Of a stretch of 64,000 nucleotides of DNA, positions 11,336 through 21,228 are shown one piece after another. Below the pieces are notes generated by a model. The model was given only the letters and a program-made list of their open reading frames with translations. It was not told the origin of the DNA and did no database searches. Made by a program: the position numbers and the translations under genes. How positions within the stretch are numbered: position 1 is the stretch's first letter; each line of letters starts with the position of its first letter. The stretch lies in NCBI RefSeq assembly GCF_054482595.1, contig NZ_CM137008.1; one strand, given 5' to 3'.

Positions 11336-11559
11336 ACCTGAAAGTGAGTCCTTCTGGTGTTGTGAATGGTCCCGCGCTGGTCGTTTTCAGCGGCAAGAAA
11401 GTGCTTATTTATGACCGCTCACTCTAGACAATATTTATTAATAATCCAATTGTTGAACTGAGAGAATATGCATAAATCGGCATTTTTTTTATGTCGATGG
11501 GATGAGCCTGATTCGTTTGTAAAATCAGGCAAATTTTTGCAAAGGCGGATGGTCAGAAT

Positions 11560-12903
11560 TTAAAGCAAACCACAGCGACGTTTACTGCGTTCTTCCGCTT
11601 CCTGGTAAAGCTGGAACTCATCCAAAACCGGACAACCCAACGCCTGCTCAAATGCTTCGCGACTGGCATTACCGTGACTGCGTGTCTGCGTTTCATTACC
11701 CAGATTTGACTGGAAGATCCCCGCCGCGCTAACGGGCAAGAAATCTTCATAGGTGATGGGTTGCGCCACTACCCAACCACGTTCAATTAAGGGCTGTGGA
11801 TCGTCTCCAGGATGAATCGCCTGACGATGCGCCTCACCCGAAGGCGTCAGACGGTACCGGAACCATGCCAACCCTTGCTGACGCATTAAAAACTCACTGT
11901 CAGGAAAAGTGCGGAAGGTTTCCTGTAAATGCATTTGGTGAGTGAGATTATCCTGCCCGGTTCCAGCGTTACGCAGAAGATCATCATACAGTTGTCGCCC
12001 TTTCGGCGTTAATGCCACACCACGCTGCTCTATTTCACCAAAGCGCGCAGTATGCGTGCCCTGTTTCTGCCCCGCAAACAACACCGTCTCTTCCAGTGCT
12101 TTAAAGCTGGTCTGGCGTAGTAAAATCGGTACCTCGCGGCGCGGCGGCCCTTCGATCAGAATTTTTGGTTCAATTCCGCATTCAGGCATCATCGACTGCA
12201 CCCGGTCAATATCCAGCGTACGTGGCGTCAGGTGGTTGATATGGCATCCAGGAAAACAGACCACATCAGCAATCAACCGATGTTCGTTGTGCAAGGCGCG
12301 ATAGGTTTCTTCATCTACCGTTGCTGACTGGTGCCAGCGAAACGTTTCCAGGGCTTCCTGCACAAACTCCTGTGCCTGTGTTTCGTTAAAACCGCCCTGC
12401 TGCTCATATTCCTCTAACAGTTGTCGACAACGTGGGGTGAAGATATCGCGCTGACGCAGAATCTCCGCCGCTTTCTGGCGCAAAATTTCGTTCTCGATAA
12501 GCTCAAGGCGGAGTAAGGAGGTAAAAACGCGGAAGGGATTACGCGCCAGAGAAGCATCATCAATGGGCCGAAATGCTGTCGAATGTACCGGCACCCCTGC
12601 CTGCGAGAGATCGTAATAGCTCACCGGGTACATCCCCATAATGGCAAACATCCGCCGAAGAGTAGCAAGCTCTTGTGCAGTCCCAACGCGAATCGCCCCA
12701 TGACGTTCAACATTCAGTCGCGCCAGCTCGTCTGCATTTACCATTTTTTCGTGCAGTTGAGGATTGTTTTCCAGCACAGCCAGATTCACATCAGCTACCA
12801 GTTCCAGCAGCGTGCCATATTGCGGAACTTCTTGCTGGTACATGGCTGACATTGCCTGCGAAAACTGTTCCCGAATCTCATCCGCCGTGATGCTGTTCGC
12901 CAT
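11560..12903 (-). CDS. ydcJ: DUF1338-family protein YdcJ
   Basis: 447-aa ORF recognised as YdcJ. Confidence 0.85.
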   Translation of the reverse strand: MANSITADEIREQFSQAMSAMYQQEVPQYGTLLELVADVNLAVLENNPQLHEKMVNADELARLNVERHGAIRVGTAQELATLRRMFAIMGMYPVSYYDLSQAGVPVHSTAFRPIDDASLARNPFRVFTSLLRLELIENEILRQKAAEILRQRDIFTPRCRQLLEEYEQQGGFNETQAQEFVQEALETFRWHQSATVDEETYRALHNEHRLIADVVCFPGCHINHLTPRTLDIDRVQSMMPECGIEPKILIEGPPRREVPILLRQTSFKALEETVLFAGQKQGTHTARFGEIEQRGVALTPKGRQLYDDLLRNAGTGQDNLTHQMHLQETFRTFPDSEFLMRQQGLAWFRYRLTPSGEAHRQAIHPGDDPQPLIERGWVVAQPITYEDFLPVSAAGIFQSNLGNETQTRSHGNASREAFEQALGCPVLDEFQLYQEAEERSKRRCGLL

Positions 12904-13119
12904 AGTGTCTGCCTCCAGTGGTCAGTAATCTGGAGTGTAGGTAACCGCATTCACTCTGGCGGGAAGAATTTACAAACTGTGATCTCGCCGCGAAAACATC
13001 AATATTATCCATTTTGCTGTAACACAATTGCTTTAATTGTTAATAATATTTTGCAATCAAGTTATCATAATCAAACAACTTCACTTGTCAGCGACACCGC
13101 TTCGTTTTTAACATCGCTT

Positions 13120-14043
13120 ATGGAAAAAAATAGTCTGTTTAGTCAGCGCATCCGTTTGCGCCACCTTCATACATTCGTAGCTGTCGCACAACAAGGAACT
13201 TTGGGGCGCGCGGCTGAAACCCTTAATTTGAGTCAACCTGCGCTCTCTAAGACATTGAATGAACTGGAGCAGCTGACTGGCGCTCGCTTGTTTGAGCGTG
13301 GTCGTCAGGGGGCGCAACTTACCTTACCCGGCGAACAATTTTTAACGCATGCAGTCAGAGTTCTTGACGCCATCAACACTGCCGGACAGTCGCTTCATCG
13401 TAAAGAAGGTCTTAATAATGATGTCGTCAGGGTTGGTGCACTACCTACTGCGGCACTGGGGATATTACCTTCGGTTATAGGTCAGTTTCATCAGCAACAA
13501 AAAGAGACGACCTTGCAAGTTGCGACAATGAGTAACCCTATGATTCTGGCGGGTTTAAAAACCGGGGAAATCGATATCGGCATTGGTCGGATGTCAGATC
13601 CTGAACTGATGACCGGGCTTAATTACGAACTGCTGTTTCTTGAATCGTTGAAGCTGGTTGTCCGCCCTAATCACCCGCTACTTCAGGAGAACGTAACGCT
13701 AAGCCGGGTGCTGGAATGGCCGGTCGTTGTATCACCAGAAGGCACTGCGCCACGCCAGCATTCAGATGCATTAGTGCAGAGCCAGGGCTGTAAAATTCCT
13801 TCGGGTTGTATCGAAACGCTGTCTGCTTCGCTATCTCGTCAACTTACGGTTGAATACGATTACGTGTGGTTTGTCCCTTCTGGCGCTGTAAAAGACGACC
13901 TGCGTCATGCCACGCTGGTGGCCCTGCCTGTTCCGGGACATGGTGCAGGCGAACCGATTGGAATACTGACCCGCGTAGATGCGACGTTCTCTTCTGGTTG
14001 CCAGTTGATGATTAACGCTATTCGAAAATCAATGCCGTTCTGA
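13120..14043 (+). CDS. ydcI: LysR-family transcriptional regulator YdcI
   Basis: Track ORF 12979..14043 trimmed to ATG at 13120 (MEKNSLFSQRIRLRHLHTFVAVAQQGTLGRAAETLNLSQPALSKTL) giving 307 aa. Confidence 0.85.
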   Translation: MEKNSLFSQRIRLRHLHTFVAVAQQGTLGRAAETLNLSQPALSKTLNELEQLTGARLFERGRQGAQLTLPGEQFLTHAVRVLDAINTAGQSLHRKEGLNNDVVRVGALPTAALGILPSVIGQFHQQQKETTLQVATMSNPMILAGLKTGEIDIGIGRMSDPELMTGLNYELLFLESLKLVVRPNHPLLQENVTLSRVLEWPVVVSPEGTAPRQHSDALVQSQGCKIPSGCIETLSASLSRQLTVEYDYVWFVPSGAVKDDLRHATLVALPVPGHGAGEPIGILTRVDATFSSGCQLMINAIRKSMPF

Positions 14044-14080
14044 AAGGTGAAGGGATCTGTCGATCCCTCCTTGAACATTT

Positions 14081-15721
14081 TCACACCGTAGCGAAACTAA
14101 CTGGTTCACCCGCTCCGCGAGGTTCTGCCGACACAGAATGTTTGTGCAGACGGAATACATCCACCGCCTCAGTTAATCGTGCCGCCTGTTCTTCAAGGGA
14201 CACCGCCGCCGCTGAGGCCTCTTCTACCAGAGAAGCATTCTGTTGCGTCACCTTATCCATTTCAGAAATCGCCTGGCTAACCTGCGTTATGCCCCTACTT
14301 TGCTCATCCGAGGCGGCGGCAATTTCCTGCATGATATGTGTGACACTCGCGACGGCATCAACAATAGTGCTCATGGTTTTCCCGGCCGTTGCCACCTCAT
14401 CCGATCCCAGGTCAATTAACCTGACTGATTCACTGATCAAGCCTTCAATTTCTTTTGCCGCCTGGGCGCTGCGGCTTGCGAGTGTCCGTACTTCGCTGGC
14501 GACAACGGCAAATCCACGCCCTTGCTCACCCGCTCGCGCAGCTTCAACGGCAGCATTCAGTGCCAGAATATTCGTCTGGAAAGCAATACTGTTGATGACG
14601 GCGGTGATCTCAGAAATTTTCTTCGAACTCGTGGAGATAGCGCCCATCGTTTTTACTACACCGGAAACCGTCTGCCCGCCATCGCTGGCTTTAATAGAAG
14701 CCTCTTGCGCCAGTTTACTGGCATAATGCGCATTATCCGCATTCTGTTTCACCGTCGCAGTGAGTTGCTCCATGCTGGCGGCAGTTTGTTCAATTGCCGC
14801 CGCTTGTTCTTCGGTGCGAGATGAAAGGTCCGCATTGCCAGCGGAAATTTCGCTGGTGCCACGATAAATCTCTTCCGCGCCCTGTCGAACAGTCCCTACT
14901 GTCATCCCCAGTGAATGCTGCATTTGCTGTAAATGACGACTTAAGCGACCGATTTCATTACGACCCGCCGGTTCATCATTCATCGTCAGATCGCCACTGG
15001 CGATTTTTTCAATCCGTTGTGCGGCATGTTGCAGTGGACGAATGACGATCCGACGTAGCACCATAAATGTTATCAGCGTCATGACCAGGGCAAGCACAAA
15101 CGCGCCAATCATAAACATCCCACCCAGGCTGGTGCGCTGATGGGCCAGTTCCGCCAGTTGGTTGGCTCTGGTGCTACGTATCTTAACGGCTTTGTTCAAA
15201 ATATCGGTATAAGCATTATCCAGCGTTCGGATCTGCTCACTTTCATGATTGATAATCGCTTCAAACATGCCATTTTTGGCATATTTCATCATAGGTTGCA
15301 TACCCGTGATATAAGCCTGGAAGCGTTGATTTAATTCAGTGTCTAGGGCTTCATCAGCAGGTGTTTTCACCGGCCGATTCTGATAAGCACGATAACCTTG
15401 CTGCGACTGTTTAATCTCCGATTCGGCTTGCGTAATATTTCGCTTCATTGCTTCCATTTCCGCAATACGACTCGCAGCCCCGGCCTGAATCATATTGATC
15501 CGGGCTGAACGCAAAAAATCTGAACTGTTCGCTAACCCGGTCCGAATCTCAATCTCCGCAGTAACATCACGCTGATCGCGATCGGCCTGCCAGAGGAAAT
15601 AGCCAGCCAGGGCTGAACTTAATGCGAATAGAACTAAGATACCGCCTAGAATGCAGGCAAATAACGGAACCAACCTGATGTGATGCAAAAAACCTAATCG
15701 CTGTGAGGGAGTTGTATTCAT
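14081..15721 (-). CDS. trg: Methyl-accepting chemotaxis protein III (ribose/galactose sensor)
   Basis: 546-aa ORF with HAMP and conserved MCP signalling domain. Confidence 0.9.
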   Translation of the reverse strand: MNTTPSQRLGFLHHIRLVPLFACILGGILVLFALSSALAGYFLWQADRDQRDVTAEIEIRTGLANSSDFLRSARINMIQAGAASRIAEMEAMKRNITQAESEIKQSQQGYRAYQNRPVKTPADEALDTELNQRFQAYITGMQPMMKYAKNGMFEAIINHESEQIRTLDNAYTDILNKAVKIRSTRANQLAELAHQRTSLGGMFMIGAFVLALVMTLITFMVLRRIVIRPLQHAAQRIEKIASGDLTMNDEPAGRNEIGRLSRHLQQMQHSLGMTVGTVRQGAEEIYRGTSEISAGNADLSSRTEEQAAAIEQTAASMEQLTATVKQNADNAHYASKLAQEASIKASDGGQTVSGVVKTMGAISTSSKKISEITAVINSIAFQTNILALNAAVEAARAGEQGRGFAVVASEVRTLASRSAQAAKEIEGLISESVRLIDLGSDEVATAGKTMSTIVDAVASVTHIMQEIAAASDEQSRGITQVSQAISEMDKVTQQNASLVEEASAAAVSLEEQAARLTEAVDVFRLHKHSVSAEPRGAGEPVSFATV

Positions 15722-15760
15722 TACCGTTGTCTCTCGTCCAGGTTTACTCCTGATAGAAAG

Positions 15761-15787
15761 TCATCGGCATTTGACGGTAATTACTTA
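15761..15787 (-). promoter_or_regulatory. Candidate sigma28 (FliA) promoter of trg
   Basis: Minus strand reads TAAGTAAT-N11-GCCGATGA about 40-65 nt upstream of trg start; close to sigma28 consensus TAAAGTTT-N11-GCCGATAA. Confidence 0.5.
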
Positions 15788-16016
15788 CGACTAAAAGCCT
15801 CTTTGCGTCACATTTTTACAACAATTATTGCAGAGAAGATTAATGCCATTGGAATGAAGAGAGTAACGAATGGTTAAACTGGCTAACCCGAATGACGAAA
15901 AATTCTGGAAAACAGCACGCAATTTCGTCAGGTGATTATTTTCGTCCCTAAGGAAACCACATAGGATGCTCACGGGTGCCTGAGACTTTCTGTTTTCAGG
16001 CTAACCGGGAATCAGA

Positions 16017-16061
16017 AAGACGAAGGCCCCGACCGATATTTCTATCAACCGAGGCCAACGA

Positions 16062-16072
<11 letters not shown>
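16017..16072 (-). ncRNA. sokB: sokB antisense RNA of the hokB/mokB locus; position inferred, boundaries approximate
   Basis: Placed antisense to the mokB translation-initiation region by analogy with hok/sok architecture; no independent sequence recognition. Confidence 0.35.
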
Positions 16073-16269
<197 letters not shown>

Positions 16270-16340
16270 GGGCAAGCGCGGGGATTTTCCCCGCGCATCT
16301 GACTAGCAGATTCATTTTCTCATGGCACCCCTTTTACACT

Positions 16341-16514
16341 TCAGTTAGTGCATGTTTTTTTCGATGCACTAATAGAACCATCATTACAGACAAATTTGCC
16401 GCCTGCCGTACAGTGTGAGATCCCCCCTTTCGAACCAGAACAGGGTTTGCGCCCGGCATCGGCATAAAAGGAAACAAGCGTTCCCATAAACAAAATAAGT
16501 GCCAGTTTTTTCAT
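16341..16514 (-). CDS. ydcA: Small secreted protein YdcA
   Basis: 57-aa ORF MKKLALILFMGTLVSFYADAGRKPCSGSKGGISHCTAGGKFVCNDGSISASKKTCTN; below track cutoff. Confidence 0.8.
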   Translation of the reverse strand: MKKLALILFMGTLVSFYADAGRKPCSGSKGGISHCTAGGKFVCNDGSISASKKTCTN

Positions 16515-16684
16515 ATAACCTCCATGGTTTATCGAATCTTATGTTCGATTTGAACGTTATACGCTGGTTTATTTTGATACCGTTGATGAGATCAAAGATC
16601 GGGTGAATTGATTAAAAATAAGGCAGATGGACGTATGGGCAAGGATTATGGTTTTATTTGTCATACAAATAAATATAATAGGCG

Positions 16685-16748
16685 CTTCCGATGTAGACCC
16701 GTATTCTTCGCCTGTACCACGGGTCGGTTTTAGTACAGGCGTTTTCTT
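16685..16748 (+). ncRNA. rydC: RydC small RNA (Hfq-dependent, pseudoknot-forming)
   Basis: 64 nt CTTCCGATGTAGACCCGTATTCTTCGCCTGTACCACGGGTCGGTTTTAGTACAGGCGTTTTCTT matches the RydC sequence as I remember it; ends in hairpin plus U-tract. Confidence 0.8.
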
Positions 16749-16758
16749 TAAATATCCT

Positions 16759-17289
16759 TCAGGAACGTTTACGCGGCATCATGCGTAGAAGTGTGTTGTC
16801 CTTCCAGAAATAGTGGTGTGCCAGTGCAGCCGCAGCGTGCAACCCGATGAGAAAATATCCCAGATTCGCCAGCGTCTCATGCCACGACTTTAAGCTATCA
16901 ACCCGTTCGAAATTGGCCTCTGAAGCGTAAGGCATCGTCAAACCAAACACAAACCACGGGTTGCCCCGGTTATACATCATCACCAAACCAATCACTGGCA
17001 GCGCAATAAACAGGAGATAAATCACCAAATGTCCCAAATGCGCCAGTCCCGTCATCATCGGTTTCGGCTTAGGTATAATCGGCGGGGTTGGGTATTTCAG
17101 TCTTAACAAAAGACGAACCACCATCAGCACGAGAATTGAGATGCCACAGGAAACATGAATCATGTTGATGAGCGGCCGATCGCTACGTGGGAAGAAACCC
17201 CGAAACTCCATTGCGCAATACGCTGCGATAACCAGCAAAAAGACCAGCCAGTGAATGCTGATTTGTAACCTTGAGTATTTATTTTCCAT
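16759..17289 (-). CDS. cybB: Cytochrome b561
   Basis: Track ORF trimmed to MENKYSRLQISIHWLVFLLVIAAY... (176 aa). Confidence 0.9.
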   Translation of the reverse strand: MENKYSRLQISIHWLVFLLVIAAYCAMEFRGFFPRSDRPLINMIHVSCGISILVLMVVRLLLRLKYPTPPIIPKPKPMMTGLAHLGHLVIYLLFIALPVIGLVMMYNRGNPWFVFGLTMPYASEANFERVDSLKSWHETLANLGYFLIGLHAAAALAHHYFWKDNTLLRMMPRKRS

Positions 17290-17477
17290 AACATTTCCTG
17301 CTTTAACATAATTTTCCGTTAACATAACGGGCTTTTCTCAAAATTTCATTAAATATTGTTCACCCGTTTTCAGTACGTTACGTTTCACTGTAAGAATGGA
17401 GATTGCCCATCCCACAATCCTGGGCTAAGCCTGGAAAGGATCAATTTTCATCCGAACGTTCCTGACAGGAGAAAACC

Positions 17478-18479
17478 ATGAGTAAAGTTGGTATTAACGG
17501 TTTTGGTCGTATCGGTCGACTGGTGTTGCGTCGATTACTTGAAGTCAAAAGCAACATAGACGTTGTCGCTATTAATGATCTTACTTCCCCAAAAATTCTC
17601 GCCTATCTGCTGAAACATGATTCAAACTATGGTCCGTTCCCCTGGAGCGTTGATTTTACGGAAGATTCACTTATCGTTGATGGGAAAAGTATCTCGGTTT
17701 ACGCCGAAAAAGAGGCTAAAAATATTCCGTGGAAAGCGAAAGGTGCAGAAATCATTGTCGAATGTACTGGCTTTTATACCTCCGCCGATAAATCGCAGGC
17801 GCATCTTGATGCTGGTGCGAAGAAGGTGTTGATTTCCGCTCCTGCCGGTGAAATGAAAACCATCGTTTATAACGTTAATGACGACACTCTGGATGGCAAC
17901 GATACCATTGTTTCCGTGGCGTCATGCACCACTAACTGCCTTGCGCCGATGGCCAAAGCCTTGCATGACAGTTTCGGGATAGAAGTCGGCACGATGACGA
18001 CCATTCATGCCTATACTGGCACCCAGTCACTGGTGGATGGCCCGCATGGTAAAGATTTACGTGCTTCACGCGCCGCGGCAGAAAATATCATTCCCCACAC
18101 TACGGGCGCGGCAAAAGCCATTGGTCTGGTGATCCCGGAACTGAGCGGCAAACTGAAAGGTCATGCGCAACGCGTGCCGGTGAAAACAGGTTCGGTCACT
18201 GAACTGGTATCGATTCTCGGAAAAAAAGTGACTGCCGAAGAGGTGAATAACGCACTTAAACAAGCAACCACCAATAACGAGTCATTTGGTTATACCGATG
18301 AAGAAATAGTCTCTTCCGATATCATTGGCAGCCATTTCGGTTCGGTGTTTGATGCCACGCAAACGGAAATTACCGCCGTGGGCGATTTACAACTGGTGAA
18401 AACGGTCGCCTGGTACGATAACGAATATGGCTTCGTCACGCAGCTTATTCGCACCCTCGAAAAATTCGCTAAACTCTGA
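17478..18479 (+). CDS. gapC: Glyceraldehyde-3-phosphate dehydrogenase GapC, intact 333-aa frame
   Basis: [19 protein letters not shown]..., catalytic SCTTNCLAP motif; continuous ORF. Confidence 0.9.
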   Translation: MSKVGINGFGRIGRLVLRRLLEVKSNIDVVAINDLTSPKILAYLLKHDSNYGPFPWSVDFTEDSLIVDGKSISVYAEKEAKNIPWKAKGAEIIVECTGFYTSADKSQAHLDAGAKKVLISAPAGEMKTIVYNVNDDTLDGNDTIVSVASCTTNCLAPMAKALHDSFGIEVGTMTTIHAYTGTQSLVDGPHGKDLRASRAAAENIIPHTTGAAKAIGLVIPELSGKLKGHAQRVPVKTGSVTELVSILGKKVTAEEVNNALKQATTNNESFGYTDEEIVSSDIIGSHFGSVFDATQTEITAVGDLQLVKTVAWYDNEYGFVTQLIRTLEKFAKL

Positions 18480-18486
18480 CGCGCAC

Positions 18487-18518
18487 AGGCGGAGGAAAAA
18501 ACCTCCGCCTCTTTCACT
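18487..18518 (+). terminator. Intrinsic terminator after gapC (hairpin shared with convergent aldA)
   Basis: Perfect 9-bp stem aggcggagg/cctccgcct with A6 loop, followed by tctttcac. Confidence 0.5.
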
Positions 18519-18520
18519 CA

Positions 18521-19960
18521 TCAAGACTGTAAATAAACCACCTGGGTCTGCAGATATTCATGCAGGCCATGTTTACCATCTGCGCCGCCAATACCGGATT
18601 TACGCCATCCGGCGTGGAAGCCTTGCATAGCTTCGAAGTTTTCACGGTTGATGTAAGTTTCACCAAACTTCAGCCCTTTAATGGCTTTCATCGCGACGTT
18701 CAGATTTTGGGTATAGATTGATGAGGTCAGGCCGTAATCACTGTCATTAGCCATTGAGATAGCATCTTCCAGCGTGTCAAATGCGACTACCGGCAGAACC
18801 GGGCCAAAGGTTTCCTCATGCATAATCGACATTTCCTGGCGAACATCCAGCAGCAATGTCGGCGGATAATAATATCCTTTCCCCTCTACCGCTTTGCCAC
18901 CCAACGCCACTCTCGCCCCTTCTTCTACTGCGCGCGCCACTTTTTGCTCGACCCTTTCCAGCGCCGCGGCGTTAATCAACGGCCCCATCGCAATGTCGTT
19001 GCGTTCAGCGGGGTTACCAAATTGAACCGCCTGCATCGCTTCACCCAGCCGATTGACGAACTGATCATAAATGCCTTTCTGTACATAAACACGTTCTGCA
19101 CAGTTACACACTTGCCCACTATTAATGACACGTGAATCAACGATGGCTTTGACTGCCAGTTCAAGATCGGCATCGTCCATTACGATAGCTGGTGCTTTAC
19201 CCCCCAGTTCCAGGCACACTTTGGTGATGTTTTTCGCCGCAGTCGCCATGATCTTCTCACCTGCAGAGACGCTGCCTGTCATACTGACCATTGCGACCTT
19301 TGGGTTACCCGCCAGTTCTTGCCCAACGGTTTCACCACGCCCCAGAACAAGGTTAAACACGCCGCGCGGAAGGCCTATTTCATCGACGATTTTGGCGAAT
19401 GCAATCGCATTGTTTGGCGTAAATTCACTGGGTTTAATGACAATGGTATTACCAGTCAAAAGAGCGGGAGCCATTTTGCGGGCAATGAGGAAGAACGGGA
19501 AGTTCCACGGCAGAATGCCGGTAGTCACACCAAGCGCACGTTTAAACAGAAGAATATTTTCTCCTGGACGATCGCTTTGAATAATCTCGCCCTCGTAACG
19601 CCGTGCCCACTCCGCCATGTAATCGATATAGTCGGCAGTAAAAGCCACTTCGACTTCAGCCAGCTGCTGGATCTTGCCCCCTTCTTCAACAATCAGCGCA
19701 CTGATTTCACTGGCGCGTTCGCGGATCCCGGCGGAGATTTTGCGCAACCAACTGGCGCGTTCAATTGCAGGCAACGCTTCCCATTCTGGTTGTGCACGTT
19801 CTGCTGCATCGATTGCCTTACGGGCATCCTCGGCCTGACCATCGGGAATGCGGGAAATGACAGCCTCTGTAGCAGGGTTTACCACATCAATCCATGCGTC
19901 TCCACGCCAGGTAACAAACTGTCCATCAATATACATAGGATGTTGAACGGGTACTGACAT
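18521..19960 (-). CDS. aldA: Lactaldehyde dehydrogenase (NAD-dependent aldehyde dehydrogenase)
   Basis: 479-aa ORF MSVPVQHPMYIDGQFVTWRG... with ALDH catalytic region VCLELGGKAP and VCNCAERVYV. Confidence 0.9.
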   Translation of the reverse strand: MSVPVQHPMYIDGQFVTWRGDAWIDVVNPATEAVISRIPDGQAEDARKAIDAAERAQPEWEALPAIERASWLRKISAGIRERASEISALIVEEGGKIQQLAEVEVAFTADYIDYMAEWARRYEGEIIQSDRPGENILLFKRALGVTTGILPWNFPFFLIARKMAPALLTGNTIVIKPSEFTPNNAIAFAKIVDEIGLPRGVFNLVLGRGETVGQELAGNPKVAMVSMTGSVSAGEKIMATAAKNITKVCLELGGKAPAIVMDDADLELAVKAIVDSRVINSGQVCNCAERVYVQKGIYDQFVNRLGEAMQAVQFGNPAERNDIAMGPLINAAALERVEQKVARAVEEGARVALGGKAVEGKGYYYPPTLLLDVRQEMSIMHEETFGPVLPVVAFDTLEDAISMANDSDYGLTSSIYTQNLNVAMKAIKGLKFGETYINRENFEAMQGFHAGWRKSGIGGADGKHGLHEYLQTQVVYLQS

Positions 19961-20156
19961 GGGCGACTCCTGTGATTTATATGTTTGTTTTTGGTGAATA
20001 CATTGTTAATTAACATCAATCATCAGAGAGACGGCATCGCGAAAGGACAATTCTGTGAAGGGCTTCATAAAAACAAGTGTAAAAGGAATAAAAGGCAGAA
20101 ATAAAAGTCAGGAGTCATGCCCGTTTGCAAACAAGTGGTTCACAAACGGGCAATTT

Positions 20157-20957
20157 TTAACGTAACGAGCGACTTTCCATCGCCTCGATGAGCACCGCAT
20201 CGTGTTTCAGCGTTTGCCATGCATGGATGACTTCTGCCGGAAAATCAACGTGAACGATAAAATCTCGCCCGCGGGGACCGTAGCCATCGCTATCATCGCG
20301 TAAACGCGGCAGCTCGCCAGTGAGTAGTGAGAGATAACGCTCAACCGGCCATAATCCTTGTAACTGATTAATAAAGATTACACTGTCTGCGTTATTTCCT
20401 AACTGAGGAACGAATCCGGGATAACTCAACCAGCGGGGTGCATCGGGATTGTCCCCGGTCATACGGCGGAACGTTGCCATCGTGCGCCGCTGCATGGTGG
20501 GGTCCTGTACAACGATAGCCGTATGAACTCGTTCTACGGCCTGATTCAATAGCGCGATGCTAAAGCGTGCGTTTTCACCGCAGTTTGTTGACTGGTCTTC
20601 AATCCAGATTTTTTCATGCGGAATATGCCAGAACTGATGAGCGATATCCGCCAGGATGGTCGCTTCTGCTCTGCCAGTGGTGCGGATAGTGTTGTAGTGC
20701 GGATGCTGTGCGATGGCGCTATACAAAAAAGTGGTCGAGTGACCGATACCACCACTAATCAGTAAAGGAATTTGCTGATCGCGAGCAATCTTACATGCCG
20801 CATCGATAGTCGGCATAACCGCATTTCCTGCAAGTATGACGCAATCAGCCTGATACGGCACCTCACCGGAGAAATCATCCTGCGCCAGCCACTGTCCGAT
20901 AACATTTATGGCATCTATAGTTGCCGTCGAAAGCGTCGGAAACGGGGTAATGTTCAT
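20157..20957 (-). CDS. ydcF: DUF218-family protein YdcF
   Basis: 266-aa ORF recognised as YdcF. Confidence 0.85.
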
Positions 20958-21171
20958 GGTTCCTCCTTATCGTTCCCTTAAGAATACTGCGTGAGATAAT
21001 AGTGAGAAGCGGAGCACTCTGAAAGGAGGATGTCGTATTTCCTTAACCGCCACTCCGCAAGCCTGACATATCTTTTAAGGAAATGCTGTAGATAAACATT
21101 ATTCATCTTGCAGCAGAGAATTGTATTTTTCTGAATTCCTGAATTTTTGCCCTTACCGTTTTAGAATTAAT

Positions 21172-21201
21172 AAAAAACCCGGCGCTAAATGCTTACCGGG
21201 T
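21172..21201 (-). terminator. Intrinsic terminator downstream of hrpA
   Basis: Hairpin acccgg-cgctaaatgctta-ccgggt (21177-21201) followed on minus strand by U6 (21172-21177). Confidence 0.5.
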
Positions 21202-21228
21202 TTTATATTTATCAGGCAAATAGCCGCG

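Noticed and set aside
12979-13119. N-terminal extensions of track ORFs (also 1848-2108, 7619-7726, 51004-51075, 55779-55838)
   Set aside because: Longest-ORF artefacts running into promoter regions; internal starts give the expected protein lengths and have SD sequences
14142-14726. 194-aa plus-strand ORF
   Set aside because: Antisense to trg; Ala/Ser-rich low-complexity translation
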